Below, one piece after another: positions 41,298-51,188 of a stretch of DNA of 57,940 bases. The position numbers were made by a program, and so were the translations under genes. The DNA is from a virus (taxonomy: Duplodnaviria > Caudoviricetes). The notes below the pieces were generated by a model, which was not told the DNA's origin, did no database searches, and was given only the letters and a program-made list of their open reading frames with translations. The stretch spans positions 1 through 57,940 of the IMG/VR virus record IMGVR_UViG_3300031951_000177, one strand, 5' to 3'. Numbering within the stretch: position 1 is the first letter of the stretch; each line of letters begins with the position of its first letter.

Positions 41298-44114
41298 TTA
41301 GGCTTCAAGCGCCGCGACACGGGCGCGGAGGGATTGGAGTTCAGCGACGATGTTGGCAATGAACTCGGCAGAGCCGTACTCCATCGCTTGCATCACGGGC
41401 TTACCGTCTGCGTCTACCGCGTCTTTTTCACCAACCACGGTGCTGGGACTGACTTTTTGAACCTCATGCGCGATGAAGCCAACACCCTTGCTGCCATCAG
41501 TCTTCCAATTCCATGTCTTGGGCTGGAGCGCGTCAATGAACGCGCCGGAGTTCGCCAGAGGTTGTTGGTTGTCTTTGAGTCGGTAGTCGGAGGAAGTGCT
41601 AAACGTTGTCGTGGTCCCGGTTGTAGAAACACTACCTACGTTGCCATTTCCGTTGCGAAAAACAATGTGGTTTGTAGCGGTTGTGACATTTGTTTCTGTG
41701 TTCAGAATTGTTGCGCCACCGGCTTTATAAAAATTGCTGCCGCCGTTTGGTGTGGTCTGCGTCCCCACCAGCAAATCACCCCCGCTCGTGATGCGGGCGC
41801 GTTCGGTGTTGTTGGTGCCAAAAGACAAGAACCCGTTACCGATATTCCACAAATACGAGTTTTCTGATATCTGTCCAAGATTCAGGTAGTAGCTCGCATC
41901 TGACGTATCCCAAATGCCCAGAATCGGTGCAGCAGACGCCTGAATAGTCATGCCAGTGCCGCTGCCACTCAGCCCCGTAACTTTGTTCGTCGTGCCGCCA
42001 AGGGCAAGGTTCCCACTCGCATCCAGCGTCATTGCCTGCGTGAAGCTGATCGCGTTGCCTGCGGTGCCGCCTGCTGACACATACCAAGCGTGAGCGCTAC
42101 CGGCATTTGCGCCGGTCATTTCGTATCTAGCAGCGCCGACGGAGCTTGCTGCGTAAATCCAGTTGGTGCCGTTGTCGTAAGCACCATGAACAAGCGCCGA
42201 GCTAGTGCTCCCAGTAGCGTTGGTAAACAGCGCACCGCCCCCGAGGTAGCCTATTTGAATTGCTCTGCGCGATGCCGCAGTGCTCCACGCACTCGGCGTC
42301 ACCCCCAGGCCGAGGTTGCCGGAGGAGTCGAGACGCATGCGTTCGGTGCTGTTTGTCCAAAACAGCATTGGGTAAGCGCCACCAGAAAATAAATTTGCTG
42401 AATAGGCTGGCGCTGAAAAATACGTACCCGCTGAATTTTCACGACCTATATAAAGATCGCCTCCAGTGTTTTGCAAGAACAACACTACTTCATTTGTGCC
42501 TGTGCTTGAAGTGATGTTTTGTTTTGCATTGGCTGCGACTACCGACAATCTGTTGGTTGGCGAACTCGTCCCAATCCCCAGACCTGTGGAGGTCAGGCGC
42601 ATTTGTTCGGAGCCGCCAGCAAACCACCTTTGAAAAGTCGTAGCAGAAGAACCAAAAAAAATAGGAATTGCTGGAAGGCCACCAGCGCCGTTTCCAATAT
42701 ATAAGCCGGAACCATCTTCGCCAATCAGCATCTCGCCAGTTGGCCCAATAAGGTAACTTGCGCTTCCACCATCAAAAGTTAAGGTGTTGCTGCCGTTAAA
42801 CGTCAGCGCACTCCCGCTCGTCAGCACCTTGCTGCCGTTGAGATAGGTCACGCCGTTGGCGGTGAGGCTCGCAGCCGTCGTCGAAATGCCCAAGCCAGGC
42901 AGGCGCAGTGACGTGTTGGAGCTGTTGCCGATCGTGATCTCGTTGCTCACGCCGGCCGCAGACGCTGCAGCGTTGTAGCCGATGATGATGTTGTTCGACC
43001 CGGTCGTCAGGTCGTTGGTGCCGCTGTACCCGGCCTGGTAGCCGAGGGCAGTGTTGTTGGCTCCCGAGGTCACCGCCGCCAGTGCGTAGTAGCCCACCGC
43101 AGCGTTGTTGCTGCTGCCGGTGGTGGTCAGCAGGGCAGACGTGCCAATGGCCACGTTGTTCGCACCGCTGGCGTTGTCCGTGCCGGCGGTCACGCCGATG
43201 TAGACGTTGCTCCCGCCCGTAGTGACGTTGTCGCCGGCCTGGACGCCCACGGCGACGTTGCTGCTGCTTGTGGCGCTGTCCAGTGCCCTGTAGCCCACCG
43301 CAGTGTTGTTGGCGCCGGTGGTGTTGGCCCTCAGGGCCTCGAAGCCGAAAGCGGTGTTGCGGATGCCCGTGGTGGTGGTAGCTGCGCTGCCGCCAACCGC
43401 CGTCAGCCACGGCGTGGCCGTCTGCACAATGATCGGACCCCAGGAGCTGCTGGTGCCGTTGGTCGTCAGGAACTTGCCAGCGTTGCCGGTCTGTGACGGC
43501 AGAACCTTGGTCTCTGCCAAGGACGTGATCCACGCCGGGTTCGCGTAACTGCCAATCGTGTAGACGCCATTGGTGACGGTGTCGGCGTTGCCCGTCAGGG
43601 CGCCGACGAACGACGTCGACGTCACCGAGGTCAGGCCGGCCAGCGTCGTGGCCGTGGCACCCAGGCTGATGCTGGTAGAGCCCACCGTCAGCGAGCTGTT
43701 GGTTAGGCTGGCGTTGCCGATGTTGCTCAGCGTGTTCGACGATCCGCTGATGGTCTTGTTGGTCAGCGTCTGCGCAACATCAAGACCCGCAATGGTCATG
43801 TTCGCATCGGGCACCGTCAGCACGCGGGTCGCGCCGGCAGTGATGCCGCTGGCCTCAAATCGGAACTTGCGTGTGCTGTCGGCGTTGTCTTCCACCACCA
43901 GGTTCGTGTCGGTGATGGTCAGCGGTGGCAGCACGCTGACGGCCTCCAGCGCCGTGCCAGAGGAGTTGACCGTGACGAGCTTGGTCGCATTGCCCGACAG
44001 AGTCGGCAGCTTGTCGAAACCAGTCGAGATCGAAGCAAGCTCGGCCCGCATGGAGGCCGAAGTTGCCGGCGCGCCGGTCGCGGGGAATGCTCCGCCGTTG
44101 TAGTACGGGTTCAT
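41298..44114 (-). CDS. Tail fibre with C-terminal S74 intramolecular chaperone
   Basis: NTAxGxxAL repeats, ERMRLDSSGNLGLG-type repeats, TSSDYRLKDN...GFIAHEVQ...ELQSLRARVAALE. Confidence 0.92.
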   Translation of the reverse strand: MNPYYNGGAFPATGAPATSASMRAELASISTGFDKLPTLSGNATKLVTVNSSGTALEAVSVLPPLTITDTNLVVEDNADSTRKFRFEASGITAGATRVLTVPDANMTIAGLDVAQTLTNKTISGSSNTLSNIGNASLTNSSLTVGSTSISLGATATTLAGLTSVTSTSFVGALTGNADTVTNGVYTIGSYANPAWITSLAETKVLPSQTGNAGKFLTTNGTSSSWGPIIVQTATPWLTAVGGSAATTTTGIRNTAFGFEALRANTTGANNTAVGYRALDSATSSSNVAVGVQAGDNVTTGGSNVYIGVTAGTDNASGANNVAIGTSALLTTTGSSNNAAVGYYALAAVTSGANNTALGYQAGYSGTNDLTTGSNNIIIGYNAAASAAGVSNEITIGNSSNTSLRLPGLGISTTAASLTANGVTYLNGSKVLTSGSALTFNGSNTLTFDGGSASYLIGPTGEMLIGEDGSGLYIGNGAGGLPAIPIFFGSSATTFQRWFAGGSEQMRLTSTGLGIGTSSPTNRLSVVAANAKQNITSSTGTNEVVLFLQNTGGDLYIGRENSAGTYFSAPAYSANLFSGGAYPMLFWTNSTERMRLDSSGNLGLGVTPSAWSTAASRRAIQIGYLGGGALFTNATGSTSSALVHGAYDNGTNWIYAASSVGAARYEMTGANAGSAHAWYVSAGGTAGNAISFTQAMTLDASGNLALGGTTNKVTGLSGSGTGMTIQASAAPILGIWDTSDASYYLNLGQISENSYLWNIGNGFLSFGTNNTERARITSGGDLLVGTQTTPNGGSNFYKAGGATILNTETNVTTATNHIVFRNGNGNVGSVSTTGTTTTFSTSSDYRLKDNQQPLANSGAFIDALQPKTWNWKTDGSKGVGFIAHEVQKVSPSTVVGEKDAVDADGKPVMQAMEYGSAEFIANIVAELQSLRARVAALEA

Positions 44115-44647
44115 AGCGTTGAATCCTCAAATCTGTTCTGTTTGCGAAGGTTTTCCGCCGCAGTGGTTATTCGCAGATTATTTTCTACATGGAGTCCAGC
44201 GACGTTTTTTCCGCGAAGCGGGATGATGTGATCGACATGATGTTGCACCCCCGTCAGGGTGGTGAGCAGTCGAGCTTCGGCGTAAATGCGCGCAATAGCC
44301 TGCTTGTTGGCCCAGAGGGGAACAGACTTCGACTGAGTGCGGCGAGGGTTTGCGGAGCGCCACACAGACATGTAGTCGTTCAGCTCTTTTCTGTTTCTTG
44401 CTCTCCACGCCGCCGATGATGCTTTTCCGGTTTCGCTTGAGGCATGCTTTGCTTTGCTGACAGCGGATCTCTCTTGGTTCTCAATGTTCCACTTGCGCGA
44501 CAGCTTGACGCCGCATGGTTTGCATCTGTTGGACAGTCCAGTGCTGCGAGAAGGGATGACGTAGAAGTTCTCCTTCTCAAGTAGCTGCGAGCACGCACCG
44601 CACCAGTACAAGCCGAGGTCAGGACGAGACTTCCGCGCTGATCTCAT
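44111..44647 (-). CDS. HNH endonuclease
   Basis: CGAC...CKPC, PLWAN, HHVDHIIPLRGKNVAGLHVENNLRITTAAENLRKQN. Confidence 0.9.
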   Translation of the reverse strand: MRSARKSRPDLGLYWCGACSQLLEKENFYVIPSRSTGLSNRCKPCGVKLSRKWNIENQERSAVSKAKHASSETGKASSAAWRARNRKELNDYMSVWRSANPRRTQSKSVPLWANKQAIARIYAEARLLTTLTGVQHHVDHIIPLRGKNVAGLHVENNLRITTAAENLRKQNRFEDSTL

Positions 44648-46701
44648 CGAAGTCCTCTGCGCATGCTGTAGTGAAGAATGATCGAGTTGATCGTGAACGG
44701 CGCGTAGTAGTCCGAGCTACACGCGATCTGCACGGCGATGTTCTCGCCCGTGCCAACCACCTCGACCTCAGACGGCGCAAGCGTGCGGCCGTCCCAAACG
44801 AAACTGTCCCAGTTGACGTTGTCCCAGAAGCTCGCCGCCAGGTTCGTCGAGTAGGACTCCTGCAGGCCCTGCGGCACCTGCGTCGAGGCGTAGGCCAGGG
44901 AGTAGTTGAACGAGAACTCAGCGTAGGCAGTGCCGTCGACCTCGAGAGATGCTCGGCGCCAGCGCTTGAGAATCCGCGGGGACTTTGCAAAAGCGTAGGT
45001 CAGGATGATCGACGCGCCGATCTCGTCACCATCGAACGAGGTGCCCACGTCCAGCCGGTACACGCGCCCGTCGGTTGATCCAAAGAACGCCGTCTCGGAT
45101 CCATCAGGGTCTTCCCCGTCGCACATGCAGGTCACGGCGTCAGGGAACTCCACAGGCATCGAGCCCATGTACTTGCCGTTGAACAGGGTCGCGTAGATGC
45201 CGGACCCGTCGCTGAAGAAGACGCGGTACTGCGACTTCTCCCGGTTCACGCCCGAGGCGGTCACCTTGTTGCGGCGCTGCTGCACGAACGGGCGGATGTT
45301 CAGCGTCAGGGCCGAGGCATCGAAGTTGCCGTAGTTCAGCGTCGTCTTCAGGTTCATGATCCCCCGGTCGTCGAACGCAAAGCTCGACACCAGGTTCTGT
45401 GCGCTGTACGGCTTGGCCCCTGTGCCCACGTTGTAGGACACCAGGTTCCAGTCGGCGGAGCTCGTGCCGTACAGCATGAAGGTGTTGTCATCGGCGTAGA
45501 TCGCCATGGCGCCCGTTGACTGGTCGCCAGGCAACACGAGGAACGACGTCACGCTGTCGATCAGAGCGATCTCGCCAGCGCCAAAGATCGGACTCCACAC
45601 ATACGGGTCGCCGATGGCCGAGTGCTGCACCGAGCTGCCAAAGCTAAGGAACAAGTGGCTCTTGTGAAACGCGATGTGGTTCGGCCTGTCGTCCGCCATG
45701 CCGGTGCTGATCGGCACATAGACCTGCTGCACGAAGTCGAACTCGAAGGCCCTGTTGACGCCGTCGCAGCCGTACAGCCTGGTCGTGTTGACGTTGCCAC
45801 CAAAGTTGGCCACCACCGTCTCCACACGTCCATTGGGCAGGGCCGTAATGGCCGTCTGAGCCCCGCCCGCGTGCGCGTGGGTGGTAGACCCTATCCGAAG
45901 GTTTTCGCCGGCCTGGAACGTGCCGGTGACCGAGGCAAAGATCAGCCGGCCTGCGGCGTCGTTGCCGGACCAGGATCCCGACTCGAGCACCACTCGCTTG
46001 ATGGTGGCCGTTGCGCCACTGGTCTGCCCGGTGATCGTGTTGCCGTCGACCAGGGCGATCGTGCCATTGATGAACGACATCTCGAAGCCGTAGGGCACGG
46101 CCGTCCACCCAGACACAGAGGACTTGTACATGGCCAGCGCAGTGCCGCCGGCGTTGTCACGCCAGGCATACACCACGCCGCTGTAGTAGGCCACGCCACG
46201 GATCGGGCCCGAGCCTGGCACCGCGCCAATGTCGGCCCGGTAGACGTCGGCCGCAAGGTTCAAGTACTGCGCCGACTGCTGCGATGTCAGCGGCGTGGCA
46301 GGCCCCAGCGCAGTCACAGTGCCCTGGCCAACACCCCCGACGTTGATCGTCTCGCCGGCCGTGAACGTGCCGGTGGCTTTGGTGTAGGCGACGGTCGATC
46401 CGCTGACCAGGAACACGACACCAGTCGCGCCAGAGGTGGCGCCGGTGATGGTGTTGCCAGCCGCAATAGAGCCAGTGATGGCGGCGGTCAGGGTGCTGTA
46501 GATCGCGTCCGATGGGCTGGGCCTGCCGTCGAACCGCTCGTAGCCGGCGATGCGCGTGTAGCCGCCGGTGATGGAGCACTCGAAGTTGACCGCAGTGCGC
46601 GCCACGCCGGGTGGCAGCGACAACAATGGCGTGACCAGGTCAAGGCCGCCACCAAGGGTGATGAGCTCGTACTGGACCTTGGGAAGCTGAGCCTGTTGCA
46701 T
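44644..46701 (-). CDS. Tail nozzle / DNA stabilisation protein
   Basis: 685-aa beta-rich protein, GGLDLVTP N-terminus; follows the adaptor gene in podovirus order. Confidence 0.78.
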   Translation of the reverse strand: MQQAQLPKVQYELITLGGGLDLVTPLLSLPPGVARTAVNFECSITGGYTRIAGYERFDGRPSPSDAIYSTLTAAITGSIAAGNTITGATSGATGVVFLVSGSTVAYTKATGTFTAGETINVGGVGQGTVTALGPATPLTSQQSAQYLNLAADVYRADIGAVPGSGPIRGVAYYSGVVYAWRDNAGGTALAMYKSSVSGWTAVPYGFEMSFINGTIALVDGNTITGQTSGATATIKRVVLESGSWSGNDAAGRLIFASVTGTFQAGENLRIGSTTHAHAGGAQTAITALPNGRVETVVANFGGNVNTTRLYGCDGVNRAFEFDFVQQVYVPISTGMADDRPNHIAFHKSHLFLSFGSSVQHSAIGDPYVWSPIFGAGEIALIDSVTSFLVLPGDQSTGAMAIYADDNTFMLYGTSSADWNLVSYNVGTGAKPYSAQNLVSSFAFDDRGIMNLKTTLNYGNFDASALTLNIRPFVQQRRNKVTASGVNREKSQYRVFFSDGSGIYATLFNGKYMGSMPVEFPDAVTCMCDGEDPDGSETAFFGSTDGRVYRLDVGTSFDGDEIGASIILTYAFAKSPRILKRWRRASLEVDGTAYAEFSFNYSLAYASTQVPQGLQESYSTNLAASFWDNVNWDSFVWDGRTLAPSEVEVVGTGENIAVQIACSSDYYAPFTINSIILHYSMRRGLR

Positions 46702-46709
46702 GTTGCGAC

Positions 46710-47405
46710 TTAAGCCAGCGGGTTCCCCAGATACAGCTCAGGGAGCTGCTCTCGCTCAAGCTGATTCATCAGCCGGCTGAACTCGGTGTTGCCCTTGCTC
46801 AGCACCTCGGGCGCAGCCTCGAACAGGCCGTAGAACTGCATCGCCTTGTAGACGATGGCCAGGTGCAGGTGCTCAGGCATGGCAGGCACATCAGCGTCCG
46901 CAGTCATTGACGTCGGCAGAACCTGGTACTCACCGCTGATCAAGTACACGTCGTCGGGGATCTGGCCCAGCATGACGGCCTTGCCGTTGGGCTTGATCGC
47001 AAAAACCACGGGCCGGCCGTTGACCTGCACGTTGAAGCGGTAGGTGTTGCGGAAGACCTGGTACTCCCATTCCACCAGCCACTGCTCGTCCTGCACCCCG
47101 ATGCTCTTCTTCTGGCAGCGGAAGGTGTCCTTCCACCAATACCGAAGGTCGGTCATCAGCGTGCTGGTGACTGTGTTCGTAACAGTCGCCGGCAGATAGT
47201 CACCAGTGCTGGCGACTGTCTCAAACGTGAACGGCTCGCGCATCCAGTTCCAGTTGTCGTGCATGCCCTGAATCTCGACCCATGCGTCGTTGGTCCAGTT
47301 CACGAGCTTCTGGTACATGCCTGTCTGACCCAGAACAGAGGCGGGGCCGCCACCGGCGACACCGCACTCGACGGCCAGACGTTGCGCGAGCTGCAGGTAG
47401 TTCAT
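46710..47405 (-). CDS. Head-tail adaptor
   Basis: MNYLQLAQRL...WNWMR...PDDVY...MPEHLHLAIVYKA; position. Confidence 0.78.
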   Translation of the reverse strand: MNYLQLAQRLAVECGVAGGGPASVLGQTGMYQKLVNWTNDAWVEIQGMHDNWNWMREPFTFETVASTGDYLPATVTNTVTSTLMTDLRYWWKDTFRCQKKSIGVQDEQWLVEWEYQVFRNTYRFNVQVNGRPVVFAIKPNGKAVMLGQIPDDVYLISGEYQVLPTSMTADADVPAMPEHLHLAIVYKAMQFYGLFEAAPEVLSKGNTEFSRLMNQLEREQLPELYLGNPLA

Positions 47406-47408
47406 CTA

Positions 47409-47894
47409 TCAGACCGGCTGCGACAACAGCTTCTTGAGCCAGGGCACACCCATCCGAGGGTTCGGGTCGTGCATGACCTGGAAGGGGTAGGTCAATGACA
47501 GCACGTTCTCCTCTTGGAAGCCCATGCTGCCGTCCTGATTGACGATCTTGCGCTGGCGCACACGCGACTGCTTGGCATTGGCCAGTACAGCAATGTGATA
47601 CCTGCGCAGCTTGGCGGTGTCGCCTCGGACCACCATGCGGTAGTCGCCGTTGACGTTGACCTCGACGAAGCTGGGCTCGTTCTCGTTGCCCGGCTCGTTG
47701 AAGTGAACCTCAAGCTCGTCTCGCATGAAGGACTCTTCGTCAAGCTGGTCGGCGCGGATGACACGATCGGTGTCGATCTCGATCCCGCCTGGCGCTGAGG
47801 CCTCGGCCGCGGGCGTGACCCGGTTGACGATGTCCACGTCCTCGGACGCGACGGACTTGCTGCGTTCGTAGCTGTTGACGGTGCGACTGGTCAT
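47409..47894 (-). CDS. Hypothetical virion assembly protein
   Basis: GGAG RBS; VEVNVNG; between the capsid and adaptor genes. Confidence 0.78.
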   Translation of the reverse strand: MTSRTVNSYERSKSVASEDVDIVNRVTPAAEASAPGGIEIDTDRVIRADQLDEESFMRDELEVHFNEPGNENEPSFVEVNVNGDYRMVVRGDTAKLRRYHIAVLANAKQSRVRQRKIVNQDGSMGFQEENVLSLTYPFQVMHDPNPRMGVPWLKKLLSQPV

Positions 47895-47915
47895 GGTGAA
47901 GTCTCCTAGTGTTCA

Positions 47916-47947
47916 GGGGTGGGGGCCACCCGAAGGTGACCCCCTGC
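47916..47947 (-). other. Stable UUCG hairpin (no U tract)
   Basis: GGGGGTCACC-TTCG-GGTGGCCCCC. Confidence 0.6.
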
Positions 47948-47951
47948 CGAC

Positions 47952-48467
47952 TTAGGCAGTCAGCGGGTTAGCCGGCACGGTGGCCAGGTTGTAGAAGGTG
48001 TCCGTCACGCCGGACGCCGACAGGTCGGTCGAGCCGGGAGTGAAGGTCGTGCCAGCCGTCAGCGCGATGCGCAGAGCGGCGACCGGGCACACGCCGGCGG
48101 GGGCGTCGGGGAACATCAGAGCCACGCGGCCAGCAGCCAGCTCGGCAGAGTCCACGATCGGGCCCGGGACGATCGACACAGCGCCGCTCGTATCCAGGCA
48201 GATCAGGTAGTTCCGCGTGGAGCCGTTGACGCCACCCGTGAAGCCGCCGTTGACGTTCTGGATACCGCCGGCAGCCGCCTGGTAAACCGACGGGCCGCTA
48301 TAGCTGATCGCGATGTTGTCGGTCGCGCTCTTGCTGTAGAACCGGCCGTCGATCACGAAGGTGACCGTGTTGGCGTTCTGGATGGTGTTGGCGTTGGTGC
48401 CTTCGGCCCAGCCGCCGCTCGACAGACCGGCGGTAAAGCCGGAAGAGAGGGAGAGATTGTCAGACAT
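47952..48467 (-). CDS. Putative capsid decoration/structural protein
   Basis: 171 aa, Gly/Thr/Ala-rich; downstream of the capsid gene. Confidence 0.75.
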   Translation of the reverse strand: MSDNLSLSSGFTAGLSSGGWAEGTNANTIQNANTVTFVIDGRFYSKSATDNIAISYSGPSVYQAAAGGIQNVNGGFTGGVNGSTRNYLICLDTSGAVSIVPGPIVDSAELAAGRVALMFPDAPAGVCPVAALRIALTAGTTFTPGSTDLSASGVTDTFYNLATVPANPLTA

Positions 48468-48481
48468 GGTCAGAGTTCCTT

Positions 48482-48667
48482 TCAGTCAGTGACGATCGCA
48501 GCCACGGTGGCCGCGTAGTTTGTGTCGCCAACGCCCGTGTCGGCATCCAGCTTGGCCGCTACGGCCTGCAGGGCGTCGACCACGGCCGCCAGCAGGATCG
48601 CCAGTTCTTGACGATCGCCGGGGCCAGCGAGGGCGTTGACACGTTGCTTGACAGATTCGATTGGCAT
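48482..48667 (-). CDS. Small virion-associated protein
   Basis: AAGGA RBS; AKLDADTGVGDTNY. Confidence 0.75.
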   Translation of the reverse strand: MPIESVKQRVNALAGPGDRQELAILLAAVVDALQAVAAKLDADTGVGDTNYAATVAAIVTD

Positions 48668-48684
48668 ATCGGTTCCTTTTGGTT

Positions 48685-48706
48685 CGCTAGGGCTTGCGCC
48701 CTAGCG
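48685..48706 (-). other. GCAA-tetraloop hairpin after the capsid gene
   Basis: CGCTAGGGC-GCAA-GCCCTAGCG. Confidence 0.6.
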
Positions 48707-48711
48707 TGTCA

Positions 48712-49743
48712 TCACAGAGCCGAGCAGGCGGACTCGATCCGCACCATCCAGTTCTCGTTCAGTCGCACCGCGTTCTTGTAGAAGTTGGCGCCGACATAAC
48801 CGAACTGGCCCATAGGATTGGCGTGCGTGATCTGCTTTGCAGGCAAGTAGATCGGCTGGATCGCGCCCATGCCCTTCAGAGCGACCTGACCCCAGGCTTC
48901 CTGAGCAACCACCATGATGGGGTAGACGTCAGCCGTGGTGCCGGAGGTGCCACCGTTGGACAGGAAGGTGCCCGCAGTGATCGAACCGCCGGCCGACAGG
49001 AACGGCTTGAAGTACGGCGAGGTGATGATGCGGAAACGCTCCACCGTGCCGACCTCACGCTCGTGCGTGGGCTTCTGCTGACCGTAGCGAGCCACGGGCA
49101 CGAAGTTGGCCAGGTTACGGAAGTCGGCTTCCATGTCGGTGTGGATGAACACCAGGTAGCCAGGCTCGACGGCGGTCGTGCCGAAGTTGACCGAAGAGGC
49201 CAGCTTCTCGGTCACGAGCTGAGCGTGCGCAGCCTCGAGCTGACGGGCAGCCTGACGCAGCTTGTTCAGCGTGATGCCGGTGTTCACCGAGGCGCGGGCA
49301 GAGCCGTTGGCGTACACGACGTTCGTGCCACCGCGGACCACACCGTAGGAGATCAGCTCCTCGATGCTGGCCATGTGCTCGCCCACCAGCTTGACCATGT
49401 CGCCGGGGATGTCGTCCTCGTACATGGCTTCAGCCTTGGAGCTGAGCTTCATCAGCACGCCGTACTGCTGCACGGTCACCTGCACGTCCTGGTAGGCGAT
49501 GGTGCGAGCACCAGGGGTCACGCCTTCTTGCAGCAGGTAGTTGCTGGCGGTGATGCTCGGGGCACCGTTGGAGCCGGCGTCGATCGGCAGAGCGCGACGG
49601 AACACGACCGTGTCGGTCTTGTTCTGGGGGATCTGCTTCTGCGAGCCGAAGGTGCTCAGCACCTTGATGGGCATGGCGTGCTTGAGCATCTCGCGCTCCG
49701 CCATGATGAGGTTCCGGGAAGGAACAAGGGAATAGGTCTGCAT
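48712..49743 (-). CDS. Major capsid protein (N4-gp56-like family)
   Basis: IPQNKTDTVVFRR, LQEGVTP, QQYG, FVPVARYG, EVGTVERFR, NPMGQFGYVG. Confidence 0.9.
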   Translation of the reverse strand: MQTYSLVPSRNLIMAEREMLKHAMPIKVLSTFGSQKQIPQNKTDTVVFRRALPIDAGSNGAPSITASNYLLQEGVTPGARTIAYQDVQVTVQQYGVLMKLSSKAEAMYEDDIPGDMVKLVGEHMASIEELISYGVVRGGTNVVYANGSARASVNTGITLNKLRQAARQLEAAHAQLVTEKLASSVNFGTTAVEPGYLVFIHTDMEADFRNLANFVPVARYGQQKPTHEREVGTVERFRIITSPYFKPFLSAGGSITAGTFLSNGGTSGTTADVYPIMVVAQEAWGQVALKGMGAIQPIYLPAKQITHANPMGQFGYVGANFYKNAVRLNENWMVRIESACSAL

Positions 49744-49749
49744 GATGGG

Positions 49750-50637
49750 TTACCTTTTCTGTCGATCAAGTTCGTCCAAGTAGCGCCAGTACTCGTCGGG
49801 CGTCATGTCCTCCACGGCCTTCTGACGCACGTTGGCGCCGGATCTGCCGGAAGGAATCGCCGCCGCCGAATTCAGGCGCTGCGTCCTTTGAGTCGAGGCT
49901 GAGCTCGTGGCTTCGGTGTGCAGGTCCAGCAGGCGCACAGCGTCTTGCGGGCTGTCGCTCGCCGCAAGCATCTGAACTTCCCGCGGCTGACGCTGCAGCC
50001 ATCCCATGAACTCAGTCGTCCGTACTCGGTCTTGCCAGCCAGGATGTCGGACTTCGACGGCCATCTCAGATCGCAGGCGCTGCATCTCTTGCGGGGTCAC
50101 CCCTGCTTGAGCTGGCTGCTGTTGCTGCGCCAGGCGCTGCTCCAGCGAACTCAGCCGCTCGTTCAGAGCGGACTCCATCGCCTCCGCGAACTCGGGGTAG
50201 TCCGACTTCAGCCTGGCCATCGCCTCCGGGTTGCGCTGCGCGTCGCGAATTTCCGTCGCGGTTGGCGCGTCGCCGCCTTTGGCAGAGACCTGCTGGGCCG
50301 TCTGAAGCTGCTGCTTCAGTTGACTACCGAGTCCACCGATGTGGCCTTCGGCATTCCTCAAACGCTGCGTGACCTGAGACAACATCGTCTCGAGGCCAGC
50401 GATCTTGTCCAGCAGGACTTGGTCACCCGTTGGCGCCGCGGCGTCACCTCCCTTGGTTGCGTCGGCCGGATCAGCATTGTGATTTGCGGCGGGCGCGGGG
50501 TCGGTGGATGCGGAAGCGGGTGCGTCGTTTGCAGGAGGCTCGGCATCAGCGGCCGGCGCACGGCCGGACTCTTCTGCATCGAGCTGTTCCCAGATCTTTT
50601 GCGCGTCTTCCTGACTTGCTGTTCCTTGTACTTGCAT
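49750..50637 (-). CDS. Scaffolding protein
   Basis: Helical and acidic; directly upstream of the capsid gene. Confidence 0.78.
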   Translation of the reverse strand: MQVQGTASQEDAQKIWEQLDAEESGRAPAADAEPPANDAPASASTDPAPAANHNADPADATKGGDAAAPTGDQVLLDKIAGLETMLSQVTQRLRNAEGHIGGLGSQLKQQLQTAQQVSAKGGDAPTATEIRDAQRNPEAMARLKSDYPEFAEAMESALNERLSSLEQRLAQQQQPAQAGVTPQEMQRLRSEMAVEVRHPGWQDRVRTTEFMGWLQRQPREVQMLAASDSPQDAVRLLDLHTEATSSASTQRTQRLNSAAAIPSGRSGANVRQKAVEDMTPDEYWRYLDELDRQKR

Positions 50638-50663
50638 GTTGATGTCGTCTCACTTCGGTGTGG

Positions 50664-50906
50664 TCACTCAGGACCTTGTTCGTCGACGCCGCTCAATTCG
50701 TCGGGGTCGACTGCGGGACTCAGGCTGGCCCTTTCGGCCAGGCTGAGAATTCGTTTCAGCTCACCGATCCCACCGCGGATCAGGGCTGTTTTCTCTGCGC
50801 TGAAGGATGGTGAGTCGTTCAGCTCACGCAGCTCCTGGAGTCTTTCCTCCAAGGTCTGCGTCAGCCGCTTCCACGTCGTGCTGCGGAAGTCCTCAGCTTT
50901 CAGCAA
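50664..50906 (-). CDS. Small head-module protein
   Basis: GGAG RBS + TTG; TWKRL...TALIRGGIGELKRIL. Confidence 0.75.
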   Translation of the reverse strand: MLKAEDFRSTTWKRLTQTLEERLQELRELNDSPSFSAEKTALIRGGIGELKRILSLAERASLSPAVDPDELSGVDEQGPE

Positions 50907-50916
50907 TCAGAGCTCC

Positions 50917-50948
50917 AAACAAAAAACGGCGCCCTTTTGGGGCGCCGC
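50917..50948 (-). terminator. Intrinsic terminator in the head-operon leader
   Basis: CGGCGCCC-CAAAA-GGGCGCCG followed by TTTTTTGTTT. Confidence 0.75.
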
Positions 50949-50983
50949 TCAAACTTCTCAAGGAGAGTAGGTCAGCGCTGCAA

Positions 50984-51032
50984 AGACACTGACCCGGGCC
51001 GAAATATACATCATTGAAATACCGGGAGGCAA
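50984..51032 (-). promoter_or_regulatory. Late promoter 2 (upstream of scaffold/capsid genes)
   Basis: TTGCCT(51032-51027)-18 nt-TATATT(51008-51003)-6 nt-CGGGTCAGTGTCT. Confidence 0.7.
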
Positions 51033-51035
51033 GCC

Positions 51036-51188
51036 TCATCGCGACATCATCCTGCCCATGTTCACGATGAAGCCGCCGGACTGCACGCTGCCAGCACCCG
51101 GCGCGGCTGCCGTGGAGATGCCCTGCACAGCCACCACCGGGGGCGTGAAGCCGATCCCCTGCACTGCGATGGCAAACGGGTTCAGCAT
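51036..51188 (-). CDS. Small hypothetical protein (50 aa)
   Basis: Manual translation MLNPFAIAVQGIGFTPPVVAVQGI...MGRMMSR; TGATG coupling. Confidence 0.65.
   Translation of the reverse strand: MLNPFAIAVQGIGFTPPVVAVQGISTAAAPGAGSVQSGGFIVNMGRMMSR

Noticed and set aside
41298-44114. Diversity-generating retroelement or invertible tail-fibre cassette
   Set aside because: No reverse transcriptase, invertase or template/variable repeat pair seen; the low-GC patches fit ordinary mosaicism
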